A stretch of 64,000 bases of DNA from an uncultured bacterium (GTDB taxonomy: Bacteria; UBA8481), in the NCBI GenBank assembly GCA_964499705.1, contig CAZCME010000001.1, positions 197,243-261,242 of the forward strand. Direction: 5' to 3'. This document shows positions 18,904 to 30,216 of the stretch, one piece after another; within the stretch, counting starts at the first letter, position 1, and each line of letters begins with the position of its first letter. The translations under genes and the position numbers were made by a program. Below the pieces are notes generated by a model that ran no database searches, had not been told where the DNA came from, and saw nothing but the letters and a program-made list of their open reading frames with translations.

Positions 18904-19005
18904 GGGTTTCAACCTCCGACGAAGTGCCCCGGGTTAAAATCCCGGAACAGGTAAGCACGCGCGGAAAATGGTCCCGCCATCATTTTCGCACGCGACTTTA
19001 ATCTC

Positions 19006-19035
19006 ATTATAGAAGGGAGCGACATCGAATGTAAA
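19006..19035 (-). promoter_or_regulatory. Sigma70-type promoter for the xdh-like operon
   Basis: Minus strand TTTACA (19030-19035), 18-nt spacer, TATAAT (19006-19011), in an AT-richer intergenic region. Confidence 0.65.
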
Positions 19036-19185
19036 TATCGGATTTGGAGGGGAGGTGGAGGTGCATAGATCGCATGGAACGACGGACGTCGCGCGCGAGA
19101 ACGCGCATTGGCGTCGATCAAGAAAAATAATCTTACAGGAAACGGACCGGAAATTTTAGAGATAAGTATGGATTTTCACCGAACT

Positions 19186-19488
19186 TTATGGCTCCACGCT
19201 CACGATTCCGTTCTCCACGAGGACGCGATATGTCCTGTGTATCAAGGGATCCCAACTTGTTTCTCCGGTACGGAGATCGAAATCCCAACCATGTCCGGGA
19301 CAGACGATGTGGTGCCCTTCCAGTTCGCCGTCGCACAACCTGTTTCCCTTATGCGGACAACGGTTGGCGATGGCGAAAAATTCGTTCCCCACATGAAATA
19401 CGGCCACCGCGACCCCCTCGATGTCGACAACCTTGCATTGTCCCGCGGGAAAATCGGCGGCCGGTGCCACGACAATGAATCGAGCCAT
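19186..19488 (-). CDS. Rieske [2Fe-2S] ferredoxin (NirD/NdoA-like)
   Basis: C-P-H (NRCPHKG) and C-P-G-H (IVCPGHGWDFDLRTG) Rieske motifs. Start uncertain; an upstream in-frame start is possible. Confidence 0.85.
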   Translation of the reverse strand: MARFIVVAPAADFPAGQCKVVDIEGVAVAVFHVGNEFFAIANRCPHKGNRLCDGELEGHHIVCPGHGWDFDLRTGETSWDPLIHRTYRVLVENGIVSVEP

Positions 19489-19612
19489 GCGGGAGAAGGT
19501 GCCAAAAATGAGTGGAGGCGTCAAGTGACGCGTCGCGACGGCGCGTTTCGCCAAATAGGCCCAGCCATAATCCATTGCCAATAAAGAATGCGGCTTCTAT
19601 TCTCCTCCCATC

Positions 19613-22264
19613 ATGCAGGATGAAACACCACTCCTGAAGCAATACCGCTCCGTCAAAGCCGAGTACCCCGATGCGATCCTGATGTTTCGAATCGGGGACT
19701 TTTTCGAGATGCTCGAAGGCGACGCGGAAATTGCCGCGCGGGAACTCGAGCTGACCCTGACTTCGAAGGCGATGGGAAAGTCGGGGCGTCTGCCGCTGGC
19801 GGGCGTGCCGCATCACGCGGTGGAGAATTACATCGCGCGCCTCGTTCGGAAGGGCTACCACATCGCGGTCTGCGATCAGACGGAGGATCCGAAGAAAGCG
19901 AAGGGGCTTGTCAGGCGCGAGGTGACGCGCGTCGTGACTCCTGGCACCTGGATCGGTTCCGACGGCCGTTCCAACAAGTTCATCGCGGCCGTCCTCCCGA
20001 TCGAAACGACGTCCACCAACGGGGGAGGGGCCGACCGCTTTTTCGTGGCGATCTGCGATCTGCTGACCGGCGAGCTCTACTGGGCGGCGCCCGAATCGCG
20101 GGCCAACCTGGAATCGGTTCTGGTGCGGTTCAAGCCCGCGGAAGTCCTCGCTCCGGATTCCGGCGGCGATCGCGTCGAGCCGCTGCTGCGCGAGCTTCAC
20201 CCCGACGTCTTCGTGACGCGCTGCCCGGACTGGAAATTCGCCTCCTCATTTGCCGACGATCTCCTGCGCCGCCATTTCCGCGTGGCGACGCTGGCGCCGT
20301 TCGGCCTCGCGGAAAACGCGAGCGACGCGGCGCGCCCCGCCGCCGCGTTGATTTCCTACCTCGCTGAAACCCAGAAATCCGCGCTCGCCCACATCACGAC
20401 CCTGGTGCGGGTCGATCTTGCGGAGACCGTAGCGCTTGACGCCTCCACGATGCTCCAGCTCGAAATCGTAGATTCCGTTTCGCGCGACAAGGAGTGCACG
20501 CTCCTGGCCATTCTCGACGTGGCCGTCACCGCGATGGGATCCCGCCTGATCGCGCGCCGCCTGACGGCTCCGTTGAAAAGTCCCGCCGCGATTCGTGAAC
20601 GACTCCTGCTCGTGGAAGCCTTCCACGATGACGTGCCCTGCCGCGAGAAGGCGCGTGAGGCTCTGAAGCGCGTGGGCGACCTGGAGCGATTATCGGGTCG
20701 GATTTCCCTGGGGACGGTGACGCCGCGGGAGGTCGTCGGTCTCGCGTCGTCCCTCGATGCTTCCGGCGAACTCGCGGCGCGCCTGGCGCACCCCGCGCTC
20801 GAATCGCTCCGCACGCGGATCGACGCCATCCCGGAGCTCGCCGCGATGATCCGCGAACGGCTCGTGGAAACTCCGCCCGCCGAGATCGGCACCGGACCCC
20901 TGTTCCGCGACGGTGTCGATTCCCGCCTCGATGATCTGCGACACGGTTCCAAGTCCTCCCGTCAATGGATCGCGAACCTGCAGGCGATCGAGCGGGAGAA
21001 GACGGGGATATCGTCGCTGAAGGTGAGTTTCAACAATGTCTTCGGTTATTACATCGAGGTGACGCGGCCCAATCTGTCGAAGGTGCCGGACCATTACCGG
21101 AGAAAACAGACGACGTCGACCGGCGAGCGGTTTTTCACGGAGGAGTTGAAGCATCACGAGGATATCGTGATGCGCGCGAATGAAAAACTGACCGAGCTGG
21201 AGACGGAGCTTTTTACGAAGATGCGAGCGGATATATCCGAATATCTTCCCCGGTTGAAAAACACGGCGGGAGCCGTGTCCGTCGTGGATCTCTCCGCGGC
21301 TTTCGCGGAAGTCGCGGCTCGACGGCGTTATGTGAAGCCCGAGATCATCGATTCCGCCCCGACCGGCGCGGGCGCCGAGTCGTCCGTGATGCGCATAGAA
21401 AACGGCCGGCATCCGGTCGTTGAAGCCCTGCTATCGGGGGAGGATTCGTTCGTTCCGAACAACGTGGAGCTGGGTCGCGGCGCGAGATTCATGATCCTGA
21501 CCGGCCCCAACATGGCGGGAAAGTCGACCTACATCCGGCAGGTCGCGCTCATGGCGATCATGGCCCAGGTGGGGTGCTTTGTTCCGGCGGAGCGATGCGC
21601 GCTGACGCCTTTCGACGGAATCTTCGGACGCATCGGAGCGTCCGACCGTCTGGCGCGCGGGCTCTCCACGTTCATGGTCGAGATGATCGAAGCCGCGATG
21701 ATCCTTCGGAATGCCACACCCCGGTCGCTCGTCATCCTCGACGAGATCGGACGCGGCACATCGACGTATGACGGTCTTTCGATCGCGTGGGCGATTGTCG
21801 AAGCCCTGGCGGGCCGCGGCGCGCTGGCCTTGTTCGCGACGCACTATCATGAGATCACCGTCCTGGCGGATCAGATCTCCGGCGTCTTCAATGCCACGGT
21901 CGCCGTCAAGGAATGGGGCGAGCAGATCCATTTTCTGCATGAGATCCGGCCCGGCGCGGCGGACCGGTCTTATGGGATCCAGGTTGCCGCCATCGCCGGA
22001 GTACCTCAGAACGTGATCTCGCGGGCGAAGGAAATTCTCGGTCGGCTCGAAGTCGGCGAGCTCCGGACGGGCTCCGGAGCGTCGCCCGCGAAAATCACGA
22101 TGAAGGATGAGCCGGACGAACCCCAGCTCTCGCTCTTCGATGTTCCCGCGCTCTCTCCCGAGCAGTCCAATGCGCTGGAAACCCTCAAGGAGGTCGATCC
22201 TGACACGATCTCCCCGAGGGACGCTCACGCCCTCCTCGCCAGGCTTAAGGAATCCCTCCAATGA
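19613..22264 (+). CDS. mutS: DNA mismatch repair protein MutS
   Basis: TPLLKQY, FRIGDFFEM, AGVPHHA, Walker A TGPNMAGKST, STFMVEM, LDEIGRGTSTYDG, FATHYHE. Confidence 0.98.
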   Translation: MQDETPLLKQYRSVKAEYPDAILMFRIGDFFEMLEGDAEIAARELELTLTSKAMGKSGRLPLAGVPHHAVENYIARLVRKGYHIAVCDQTEDPKKAKGLVRREVTRVVTPGTWIGSDGRSNKFIAAVLPIETTSTNGGGADRFFVAICDLLTGELYWAAPESRANLESVLVRFKPAEVLAPDSGGDRVEPLLRELHPDVFVTRCPDWKFASSFADDLLRRHFRVATLAPFGLAENASDAARPAAALISYLAETQKSALAHITTLVRVDLAETVALDASTMLQLEIVDSVSRDKECTLLAILDVAVTAMGSRLIARRLTAPLKSPAAIRERLLLVEAFHDDVPCREKAREALKRVGDLERLSGRISLGTVTPREVVGLASSLDASGELAARLAHPALESLRTRIDAIPELAAMIRERLVETPPAEIGTGPLFRDGVDSRLDDLRHGSKSSRQWIANLQAIEREKTGISSLKVSFNNVFGYYIEVTRPNLSKVPDHYRRKQTTSTGERFFTEELKHHEDIVMRANEKLTELETELFTKMRADISEYLPRLKNTAGAVSVVDLSAAFAEVAARRRYVKPEIIDSAPTGAGAESSVMRIENGRHPVVEALLSGEDSFVPNNVELGRGARFMILTGPNMAGKSTYIRQVALMAIMAQVGCFVPAERCALTPFDGIFGRIGASDRLARGLSTFMVEMIEAAMILRNATPRSLVILDEIGRGTSTYDGLSIAWAIVEALAGRGALALFATHYHEITVLADQISGVFNATVAVKEWGEQIHFLHEIRPGAADRSYGIQVAAIAGVPQNVISRAKEILGRLEVGELRTGSGASPAKITMKDEPDEPQLSLFDVPALSPEQSNALETLKEVDPDTISPRDAHALLARLKESLQ

Positions 22265-24066
22265 CGATTCGGAAACTGCCGGAGTCCATGGTTGTCCGGA
22301 TCGCGGCCGGGGAAGTGATCGAGCGGCCGGCGTCGGTTGTGAAGGAACTGGTGGAGAACGCGTACGATGCGGGCGCGCGGAATATTGCCGTCCGGATCCG
22401 GAATGGCGGGCTGGGGCTCATCGAGGTTTCAGATGACGGATGCGGAATTCCGTCCGGCGAGCTTCCGCTTTCGGTCGAGCGGCACGCGACGTCGAAGATC
22501 GCGAGCGAAGCGGATCTGCATGCGATCCGGACCATGGGTTTCCGCGGCGAAGCGCTGGCGGCGATCGCGGCGGCGGGACGGCTGACGATCGTCAGCCGCG
22601 TTGCGGGCAGCGATGCCATGCAGCTCGACGTGGATGATTCCGCCCTGCCGGGCACAGGGGAGTACGCGCGGATTGTTCCCGCGGCCCGAGCCCCCGGCAC
22701 CACTGTCCTCGTCCGTGATCTCTTCGCCAAGACGCCGGCGCGGTTGAAGTTCATGAAATCCGAGACGGCCGAATTATCCCGGATCAGCGACACCCTGGAG
22801 CGACTGGCGCTCGGGCGGCCTGATGTTTCCCTGTCGCTCGCGAAAGATTCCTCGGTTTCGGCGGCCGAAGCGCGCCAGGTATTCCGGACGCCGGGCCAGG
22901 GGAGGCTCCGTGACGTCGTTCTGGAAATATTCGGGACCGACCTCGCGGGCTCGCTTCTGGATACGTCAGGCGAGTCGTCGTCGGGTCGACTTGAAGGACT
23001 CTGCTCGCCGACGCACGTCACGCGCAGAAACCGGACCGGATTCTACCTGAACCTCGACGGCCGCCCCATCGAGGACCGCTCGATTTCCCACGCCATCACA
23101 TCCGCGTACGAGGGCCTCTTGCCGGGCGGACAGTTCCCGATCGTCTTCCTGACTTTGCGGCTCGACCCCGCCGACATCGACGTGAACGTGCATCCCGCGA
23201 AGGCGGAAGTCCGGTTTCGCGACATGCAGGGCGTTCATCGGCTCGTTTCATCCGCGCTGCGTGCGCGATTACGCGGCGATGTGTCGCCTCCTTCCTTGTC
23301 AACTCCGCCTTCGACCGCTTCGTCCTTTTCATTCTCCGGCGCGCAGGCTTCTCCTTTGCCCGCGCCGCCCGAAGCAACCCAGGCGGTTCTCTCCGCGCTC
23401 TTCGATGAGCAGGCGTCCCTGGAATCCACGGCACATCCGCCCGATCAGGCCGAACTTGCTCAGCCTGGACAGTCGCCTGGAATATTCAGGTCGATTTCGC
23501 TCCGATACTCCGGAGAAATCGCCGGCCGCTACCTGCTTGCGGAAACCCAGGACGGGCTCGTCATCATCGACCAGCATGCGGCCCATGAGCGGATACTCTT
23601 CGACAGGCTGATGCGGGATGCGGCCAACGGGGAGGTCGTCGTCACGTCCCTGTTGACGCCGCTTCTCGTGGAACTCCCGGCGTCGGACCGCGCTCTCGCG
23701 GAGGAGTTGGCTCCGGCGCTCATGGAAATCGGCATCGAGATAGAGCCCTGGCCGGACGCGATCGCCGTCCGCTCCGTTCCCGCGCTTCTGGGAAAGATCG
23801 GCGACGCGGCGCGCATCGTCCGCGACGCGGTCGGGGCCGTCCGCGAAGGCGGAGCCGCGAAAAAATACAAGGTGCCGTACGAAAAACTGGCTATGGAAGC
23901 ATGCAAGGCCGCGGTGAAAGGCACGCAGCGCCTGCATCCCGACGAGGCGGCGCGTCTCCTGCATGATCTGCGAACCACGACGGATCCGTACAATTGTCCC
24001 CATGGCCGCCCGACGATGATCAGGATGACGGTCGCCGAGCTCGATCGACGGTTCGGGAGAGCCTAG
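22261..24066 (+). CDS. mutL: DNA mismatch repair endonuclease MutL
   Basis: IAAGEVIERPASVVKELVENA, DDGCGI, RHATSKI, GFRGEAL. Endonuclease motifs DQHAAHER and CPHGRP are present. Confidence 0.98.
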   Translation: MTIRKLPESMVVRIAAGEVIERPASVVKELVENAYDAGARNIAVRIRNGGLGLIEVSDDGCGIPSGELPLSVERHATSKIASEADLHAIRTMGFRGEALAAIAAAGRLTIVSRVAGSDAMQLDVDDSALPGTGEYARIVPAARAPGTTVLVRDLFAKTPARLKFMKSETAELSRISDTLERLALGRPDVSLSLAKDSSVSAAEARQVFRTPGQGRLRDVVLEIFGTDLAGSLLDTSGESSSGRLEGLCSPTHVTRRNRTGFYLNLDGRPIEDRSISHAITSAYEGLLPGGQFPIVFLTLRLDPADIDVNVHPAKAEVRFRDMQGVHRLVSSALRARLRGDVSPPSLSTPPSTASSFSFSGAQASPLPAPPEATQAVLSALFDEQASLESTAHPPDQAELAQPGQSPGIFRSISLRYSGEIAGRYLLAETQDGLVIIDQHAAHERILFDRLMRDAANGEVVVTSLLTPLLVELPASDRALAEELAPALMEIGIEIEPWPDAIAVRSVPALLGKIGDAARIVRDAVGAVREGGAAKKYKVPYEKLAMEACKAAVKGTQRLHPDEAARLLHDLRTTTDPYNCPHGRPTMIRMTVAELDRRFGRA

Positions 24067-25973
24067 GAAAGCTCGATCGCGCGCTTGAGCGAGGCGAGGC
24101 GCGATCGGAGCGTCTGGTTCTCCGGCTCGATCCGCAGCGCTTTTTCCCATGCGGCGCGCGCGGCGGGAAGCTGCTTCAGGGACATCTCGATATCGCCGAT
24201 CTGAATCCAGGGTTTCGCCTGATCCGGTTTCATGGCCGCCGCTTTTTCGTAGGATCTGATCGCCTGCTGAGATCGATTCATCCTGAGAAACGAGAGCCCC
24301 ATGTTCATCATCGCCTCGAAATAACCGGGAAGCAGTTCCGTCGCCGCATGAAATTCGTCGCAGGCCTCCTCGAACCGCCCTTCCCGCAGAGCGATGACGC
24401 CCTTCAAATTGCGCGCCGGGGCATGCTTCGGGGCGAGCGCGATCGCCCGCCTCGCATGCGCGGCCGCCGCCTCCAGTTCTCCACGCTCGAAACTCTCGCG
24501 CGCCCATCCGTAAACCTGTTCCGCTTCGACGGTCGGATTCTTCAGAGACTCCGCGCGGATCCTGCGGCGTGGATCGTCAATGATGAACGCGAGCTGTCGG
24601 ATGATCGTATCGAGCGACGGCCGTTCCTCCGGCCGCTTGGCCAGCAGCTTCTCGATCATGCGGCTCCACGCGGGATCAAGATCCGGCCGGCGATTCCGGA
24701 GAGATGGCGGCGGATCGCTCGCCTGTCTGCTGAGAATGCTCCGTGAGTCACCGCCCGTGAAGGGCGGCTCGCCCGTGAGGAGTTCATAGGCGATGATGCC
24801 GAGCGCGTAGAGATCGGACCGGTGGTCGATCACCTGCCCTGTGCCCGCGATCTCGCAGGCCTGTTCGGGGGATGTGTAGTCTGGCGACCAGTTCATCGAT
24901 CCGCCCCTCAGCGTCGCGATTTCCGCGGTGCAGGCCTCGATCAGTTTCAGCTCGGGAGAGGCCATCAGTATATTGCACGGGGCGACTTCCCCGTGGCGGA
25001 CGCCGGAGGCGTGGAGGGCCATGAGGCCGGCCGCGATCGAGCGTAGGATGCGGGCCGCTGCCGGCGCGTCGAATCGTCTCGCCTGGTCCATCTGTTCCCT
25101 GAGCGAGGGAGCCTCGACCTGTTCCGTCATCATGAAGTATCGCCCCATCTCCGACAGCGCGCCATGAAACGTAGCGACATGAGGACTCGTCACGGTCGCG
25201 AGAGCCCGGGTGATTGCCATGAAGCGGCCCAGGGCGGCGGGAGTCGCGATGAGAAACGGGTCGACGACGCGCACGGTCACCGTGCCGCCGAAACCGGTAT
25301 CCTCCGCCTCGAATCCGATTCCCGTCATGCCGATGCTCAGCCGCTTTCGCAGGATATATCTGTTGCCGATCATGAGCCCGGTCTCGATGTCCGTGTCGGA
25401 AAGGAAACGCGCGGCTCCCGCCGGTTGCGAAGCGCCGACCGGTTCCGTCTGAAGCGTGACATTCCCGGAATCGGCCGGGATTTCATGACAGGCTACGGGC
25501 GAAAGGATGCCCTTGAACTGCCGGATTCCGGCAGGTTGGCAGGAAAAGAGCGCCTTGTTCAGAAGCCGGTATGTCGATTCGGTGAGCGTGACGCGCCCCG
25601 CTTCGGCCGTTTCCTCGAGTCGGAACGCGAGGTTGACAGGTTCTCCGAAGACATCGTCGTCTTCCAGGCTGACTTCTCCGGAATGAAGCGCGACGCGGAT
25701 ATGGAGAGGACCTCCGATCCCCGAGCCATCGTCCTTTCCCAGGAAACCGATGATATCCAATCCCGCGCGCACCGCATGGACGGCATCGTCGAAAATGGCG
25801 AGCGCTCCGTCGCCGATGAACTTCACGACATGCCCTTCCCGGGCGGTGACGATGCTCGTGACCGTGCGCTTGAAGGCGCGGAGCATCGCGAGAGTTTCCT
25901 CGCGCGATTGCCGGCTCGTGCGTTCCGTGAACCCTTCAATATCGGCGATGAAGACGGTGAGATCGCGGACCAT
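24063..25973 (-). CDS. Class III adenylate cyclase - Ser/Thr pseudokinase - TPR fusion protein
   Basis: N-terminal [25 protein letters not shown] and [12 protein letters not shown]. Middle kinase fold with degenerate motifs ([12 protein letters not shown]) but an intact YTSPEQ / DLYALG / TGEPPF lobe. C-terminal TPRs. Confidence 0.85.
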   Translation of the reverse strand: MVRDLTVFIADIEGFTERTSRQSREETLAMLRAFKRTVTSIVTAREGHVVKFIGDGALAIFDDAVHAVRAGLDIIGFLGKDDGSGIGGPLHIRVALHSGEVSLEDDDVFGEPVNLAFRLEETAEAGRVTLTESTYRLLNKALFSCQPAGIRQFKGILSPVACHEIPADSGNVTLQTEPVGASQPAGAARFLSDTDIETGLMIGNRYILRKRLSIGMTGIGFEAEDTGFGGTVTVRVVDPFLIATPAALGRFMAITRALATVTSPHVATFHGALSEMGRYFMMTEQVEAPSLREQMDQARRFDAPAAARILRSIAAGLMALHASGVRHGEVAPCNILMASPELKLIEACTAEIATLRGGSMNWSPDYTSPEQACEIAGTGQVIDHRSDLYALGIIAYELLTGEPPFTGGDSRSILSRQASDPPPSLRNRRPDLDPAWSRMIEKLLAKRPEERPSLDTIIRQLAFIIDDPRRRIRAESLKNPTVEAEQVYGWARESFERGELEAAAAHARRAIALAPKHAPARNLKGVIALREGRFEEACDEFHAATELLPGYFEAMMNMGLSFLRMNRSQQAIRSYEKAAAMKPDQAKPWIQIGDIEMSLKQLPAARAAWEKALRIEPENQTLRSRLASLKRAIELS

Positions 25974-26070
25974 GGGAGCATCTTACCTCACGTTCGTCTT
26001 GCCACGAAGGCCAAGATGCCGCGCACAATGGCGATTGATCAATGCTTTTGTTTCCTACCATAATAGCCGC

Positions 26071-26970
26071 ATGAACCTCCAGAATATCATCCTGACTCTT
26101 TCCGATTTCTACGCGAAGGAAGGGTGCCTCATCGCCCAGCCGTATGACACGGAGAAGGGCGCGGGCACGTTCTCGCCTCACACGCTTTTACGGAGCCTCG
26201 GACCGGAGCCTTTCAGCGTGGCGTATGTGGAGCCGAGCCGGCGGCCGACGGATGGGAGATACGGCGAGAATCCGAACCGTCTGCAGCATTATTACCAGTA
26301 CCAGGTCATCATCAAACCCGCTCCGGATAACGCCCAGGATCTCTATCTGCGTTCGCTCGTGGCTCTGGGGATCGATCCCGCGGCGCACGATATTCGTTTC
26401 GTCGAGGACGACTGGGAATCTCCGACGCTCGGCGCCTGGGGCCTGGGGTGGGAAGTCTGGCTGGACGGAATGGAGATCACGCAGTTCACATACTTCCAGC
26501 AGGCGGGAGGATTCGACCTGAATCCCGTATCGCTGGAGCTGACGTACGGGCTGGAGCGGATCGCGATGTACCTGCAGGGCATCGACAATGTCTACGACAT
26601 CGAATGGGGCGGCGGGCGGAAGTACGGAGACATCCACCACGCGACGGAATTTCAATTCTCCCACTACAACTTTTCGCATTCCGATATCGCGTTCAACCTG
26701 GAGTATTTCACGCATTGCGAAATGGAGGCGCGCCGCCTCGCATCCACGATGGTGCCGGACCGGAACGGCGTCGATACTCCGCTTGTCTATCCCGCATACG
26801 ATTTCGTCCTGAAGGCGTCGCATGCCTTCAACATGCTCGACGCGCGCGGAGCGATCTCCGTGACGGAACGGCAGGGCTACATCGGCCGCGTCAGGAACAT
26901 CACGCGCGCCGTGGCGACCGCCTGGCTGAAGTGGCGCGAAGCTCTCGGTTACCCGCTGGCGGCGCGATGA
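26071..26970 (+). CDS. glyQ: Glycine--tRNA ligase alpha subunit
   Basis: [69 protein letters not shown] at 26071. Confidence 0.98.
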   Translation: MNLQNIILTLSDFYAKEGCLIAQPYDTEKGAGTFSPHTLLRSLGPEPFSVAYVEPSRRPTDGRYGENPNRLQHYYQYQVIIKPAPDNAQDLYLRSLVALGIDPAAHDIRFVEDDWESPTLGAWGLGWEVWLDGMEITQFTYFQQAGGFDLNPVSLELTYGLERIAMYLQGIDNVYDIEWGGGRKYGDIHHATEFQFSHYNFSHSDIAFNLEYFTHCEMEARRLASTMVPDRNGVDTPLVYPAYDFVLKASHAFNMLDARGAISVTERQGYIGRVRNITRAVATAWLKWREALGYPLAAR

Positions 26971-29000
26971 AATACCTGCTGGAAGCGGGCGTGGAGGAGA
27001 TCCCGGCGGGATTCCTTCCGCAGGCCCGACGCGAGCTGTCCGCGAGGGCGCGGACCGTTCTGAATGAGGCCGGTTCCGGTCTCGGCGCCGCCGTGACGAT
27101 CAGGACTATGGCGACGCCCCGGCGCCTCGTGCTTGCGCTGGAGAATCTTCCCGCAAGAACCGCCGACGCGACCGCGAAGCACAAGGGCCCTCCGCTGAAG
27201 GCCGCTTATGATGCCGCCGGGAAGCCGACGAAGGCGGCGGAAGGTTTCGCGAAGAAGATCGGCGCCCCCGTGGATGCGCTCAGGAAAGAAGGAGAGTATG
27301 TCGTGGCCGAGGTGATCGTGCCCGGCAGGACCATAGAAATTCTCCTGCAGGAAGCAGTACCGCGAATGCTGTCGGAATTGCCGTGGCCGAAATCGATGCG
27401 ATGGAACGCATCGGGATCGCGGTTTGTGCGACCCGTTCGCTGGATCGTCTCTCTCCTCGACGAGCGCGAACTACCCGTCACATGGGCCGGCATCGATTCC
27501 TCGCGCAACACGTACCTCCGGCGGAGCGAGGAGGGCCGCATCGCGCGCGCCGTCGCGATTTCCTCCGCAGCCGCTTATGAGGGCGAACTGATGAAACACG
27601 GCGTCCTTGTTTCCGACGAGCGGAGAACGGAGCGGATCAGGAGCGAGATCGGGCGGTTGGCGGGGGAGGCCGGCGGCAAACCGGTCCTCATGGAAGGCGA
27701 AGGATCCTTCGCGTACCTGGCGGATCATGTCGAGGACCCCTGCGTCATGAGGGGAGAATTCGACGCGGATTACGCGGAACTGCCACGGGAAGTCCTCGAG
27801 CTGACGATGTGGAGGCACCAGAAATACGTGCCCGTCAGCAGGGACGGAAAGCTGCTCCCGTTCTTCCTGATCACCGCGAATCGCGCCTTCGGCCCCGCTC
27901 CCGACGAGCGTCAATACGCCGCGAACGTTAGAGCCGGGAACAGGCGCGTCCTGTCGGCGCGTCTTGCCGACGCCCGGTATTTCTGGACGACCGATCTCCA
28001 GCGTCCGCTGGAGGACCGGACCGGGGAACTCGCGCGAGTCACGTATCAGAAGGACGCGGGATCCGTCCTGGATCGTGTCAACCGGATCGAGTTGACAGCC
28101 CGGCGGATCGCGCCGCTCCTGGGCGTCGTCGACGAAGCCGCCGTTCACCGCGCCGCGCGCCTGGCGAAGGCCGACCTCACGACGAAGATGGTCTTCGAGT
28201 TTCCCGAGCTCCAAGGCGTCATCGGCCGCAGGCTCGCGGAAGCGCAGGGCGAACGGGACGAGATCGCGCGGGCGATCGAGGAGCACTACTGGCCGCTGGG
28301 CGCGGATCCTCGCGTTCCCAGGGGGCTTTCCGCCGTCGTCGCCCTCGCGGAGAAAGCCGACACGCTCGAGACGATCTTCGGAGCCGGGCTCGATCCGACC
28401 GGTTCCGCCGATCCCTTCGGACTCCGCCGCGCCGCGATCGGCATCATCCGCATCCTCCTCGAGTTCGGCCGTCCGTTCGATATCGGCTCGCTCCTGTCAT
28501 CCCCGAAGGTGAAGGATTTCCTCCGCGCGCGGCTCCTCAATTTCATGGCGGAGAGACACGGCACGACGGTCAACGTGGTGGACGCGGTCGCATCGGTCGG
28601 GTGGAACAATCTTCCCGACCTTGATCGGCGCGCCGCCGCCGCCGCCCCGCTCACCAAGCGCGCCGACTACGCGGACCTGGCCACGTCCTTCAAGCGCGTC
28701 ATGAATATTCTCGACGAGACCAGGGAGGAAACTCTCGACGGCGATCTGCTGCAGGAGGCCGCGGAGAAGGATCTTTTCGGCGCGGTGCTGACGCTGGATG
28801 CGGACGTTTCACGGTGCCTCGACGAGGGCGAGGTCGAGCGCGCGCTTTCCGCGATGGCTTCCATCCGTCCCGCCGTCGACAAGTTCTTCGATGATGTCCT
28901 CGTGAATGCCGAAGATCCCGCATTGCGCCGGAACCGGAAGGCGCTCCTGCGGAATCTCGGCTCGATTTTTCTCAGGATTCTCGATTTCTCGCGGCTCTGA
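26967..29000 (+). CDS. glyS: Glycine--tRNA ligase beta subunit
   Basis: ATGA overlap with gly[47 protein letters not shown], and a C-terminal DALR-like domain. Confidence 0.96.
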   Translation: MKYLLEAGVEEIPAGFLPQARRELSARARTVLNEAGSGLGAAVTIRTMATPRRLVLALENLPARTADATAKHKGPPLKAAYDAAGKPTKAAEGFAKKIGAPVDALRKEGEYVVAEVIVPGRTIEILLQEAVPRMLSELPWPKSMRWNASGSRFVRPVRWIVSLLDERELPVTWAGIDSSRNTYLRRSEEGRIARAVAISSAAAYEGELMKHGVLVSDERRTERIRSEIGRLAGEAGGKPVLMEGEGSFAYLADHVEDPCVMRGEFDADYAELPREVLELTMWRHQKYVPVSRDGKLLPFFLITANRAFGPAPDERQYAANVRAGNRRVLSARLADARYFWTTDLQRPLEDRTGELARVTYQKDAGSVLDRVNRIELTARRIAPLLGVVDEAAVHRAARLAKADLTTKMVFEFPELQGVIGRRLAEAQGERDEIARAIEEHYWPLGADPRVPRGLSAVVALAEKADTLETIFGAGLDPTGSADPFGLRRAAIGIIRILLEFGRPFDIGSLLSSPKVKDFLRARLLNFMAERHGTTVNVVDAVASVGWNNLPDLDRRAAAAAPLTKRADYADLATSFKRVMNILDETREETLDGDLLQEAAEKDLFGAVLTLDADVSRCLDEGEVERALSAMASIRPAVDKFFDDVLVNAEDPALRRNRKALLRNLGSIFLRILDFSRL

Positions 29001-29010
29001 TCGGCTGACC

Positions 29011-30216
29011 GTGGCGCCCCCCCGCATCCGCATTCCCTGGATCGTCATCGCGGCGCTCTCCATCATCGCGGCGGCCGATTCGCTCTGGCTTCACCTGGCG
29101 CAATCGGGCGAGGAGACGTTCACGCGGGTCTGCACGATCGCGCCTGGATTCGACTGCGCGCCGGCCCTCTCCTCCCATTATTCCCGCATCTTCTCCATCC
29201 CCCTCTCCAGTTACGGGCTGGCGACTTACCTGCTCTTCGCGCTGATGGCGATTCAGTCGCTCTTCTTTCCCGTCCGCCGCGATCGCAACGCCCTCATCCT
29301 GGCGGTCTGCTCCGGCATGGCCACGGTCTATACCATGTGGCTTGCCTGGATCTCCGCAAACAGGCTCCGCGCCTACTGCCCGCTCTGCCTGGTTCTCCAT
29401 CTCATCACGCCGCTCCTTTTCATCGCCTCGCTTGTCGTTCTGATGCGGAGGAACGAGTCGCTGCGGCGCATCGTCGTCGGCGAGTTTGCGACGATCGCGG
29501 AGAGCAAGCTTCTCATCGCCGGCGTCCTGTTCGTGCCGCTCCTGCTTGCCGTCGGCCTTCCTCTCTATCATCGAAGCGCCCGGGATCGCGCGCTCGAGCT
29601 GTACCCCGAGTATCGCCGGGTTCTCGAGGGAACGTACCAGCGCGTCGAGAATCTCTCCGATCGGATCCGGAACAATCCCGCTCACGGCAGGCCTGACGCG
29701 CCCGTCGTGCTGGTGGAATTCGCCGATTTTTCCTGCCCGGTCTGCGCCGAGAGCCGGTACCTTCTGGAGGACATGCTGCGGATTTACGATATCCGCCTCG
29801 TCTTCGTGAACCATCCGCGCGAGAGGGCTTGCAATCCCTGGGCGGAGACCGATCATCCCGGCGCCTGCCTCGCGGGCCTCGTCGCGGCGTACGCTCATCA
29901 GAGGGGAAATTTCTGGCCGGTGCATGACGCGCTCTTCGATCAAAGCGATCTTCTGCTGGAGGAGAATCGGGATGTACTCGCCCGTGTCGCGGGTGCGGAA
30001 TCCATGCGGGAGATCATGGCGGATTCGGTCGCGATCGAGGCTCTGGCGCGCGACGTGGAGATCGGGCATGCGGCCGGAGTGAAACATACGCCGTCGATCT
30101 TCATCAACGGGATGGGCGTCGAGGGGATGCCGGAGCGTTGGTTCCTGGAAGAGGCGATCGAAAACGAACTCGCCCGGGGACCGGGTGTACTTCGAGAGAG
30201 GAGGCGGGAACGATGA
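29011..30216 (+). CDS. VKOR - DsbA/thioredoxin fusion protein
   Basis: VKOR Cys pairs (CTIAPGFDC...S and YCPLC) in a 4-5 TM region, followed by EFADFSCPVC...TPSIFING. Confidence 0.85.
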   Translation: MAPPRIRIPWIVIAALSIIAAADSLWLHLAQSGEETFTRVCTIAPGFDCAPALSSHYSRIFSIPLSSYGLATYLLFALMAIQSLFFPVRRDRNALILAVCSGMATVYTMWLAWISANRLRAYCPLCLVLHLITPLLFIASLVVLMRRNESLRRIVVGEFATIAESKLLIAGVLFVPLLLAVGLPLYHRSARDRALELYPEYRRVLEGTYQRVENLSDRIRNNPAHGRPDAPVVLVEFADFSCPVCAESRYLLEDMLRIYDIRLVFVNHPRERACNPWAETDHPGACLAGLVAAYAHQRGNFWPVHDALFDQSDLLLEENRDVLARVAGAESMREIMADSVAIEALARDVEIGHAAGVKHTPSIFINGMGVEGMPERWFLEEAIENELARGPGVLRERRRER

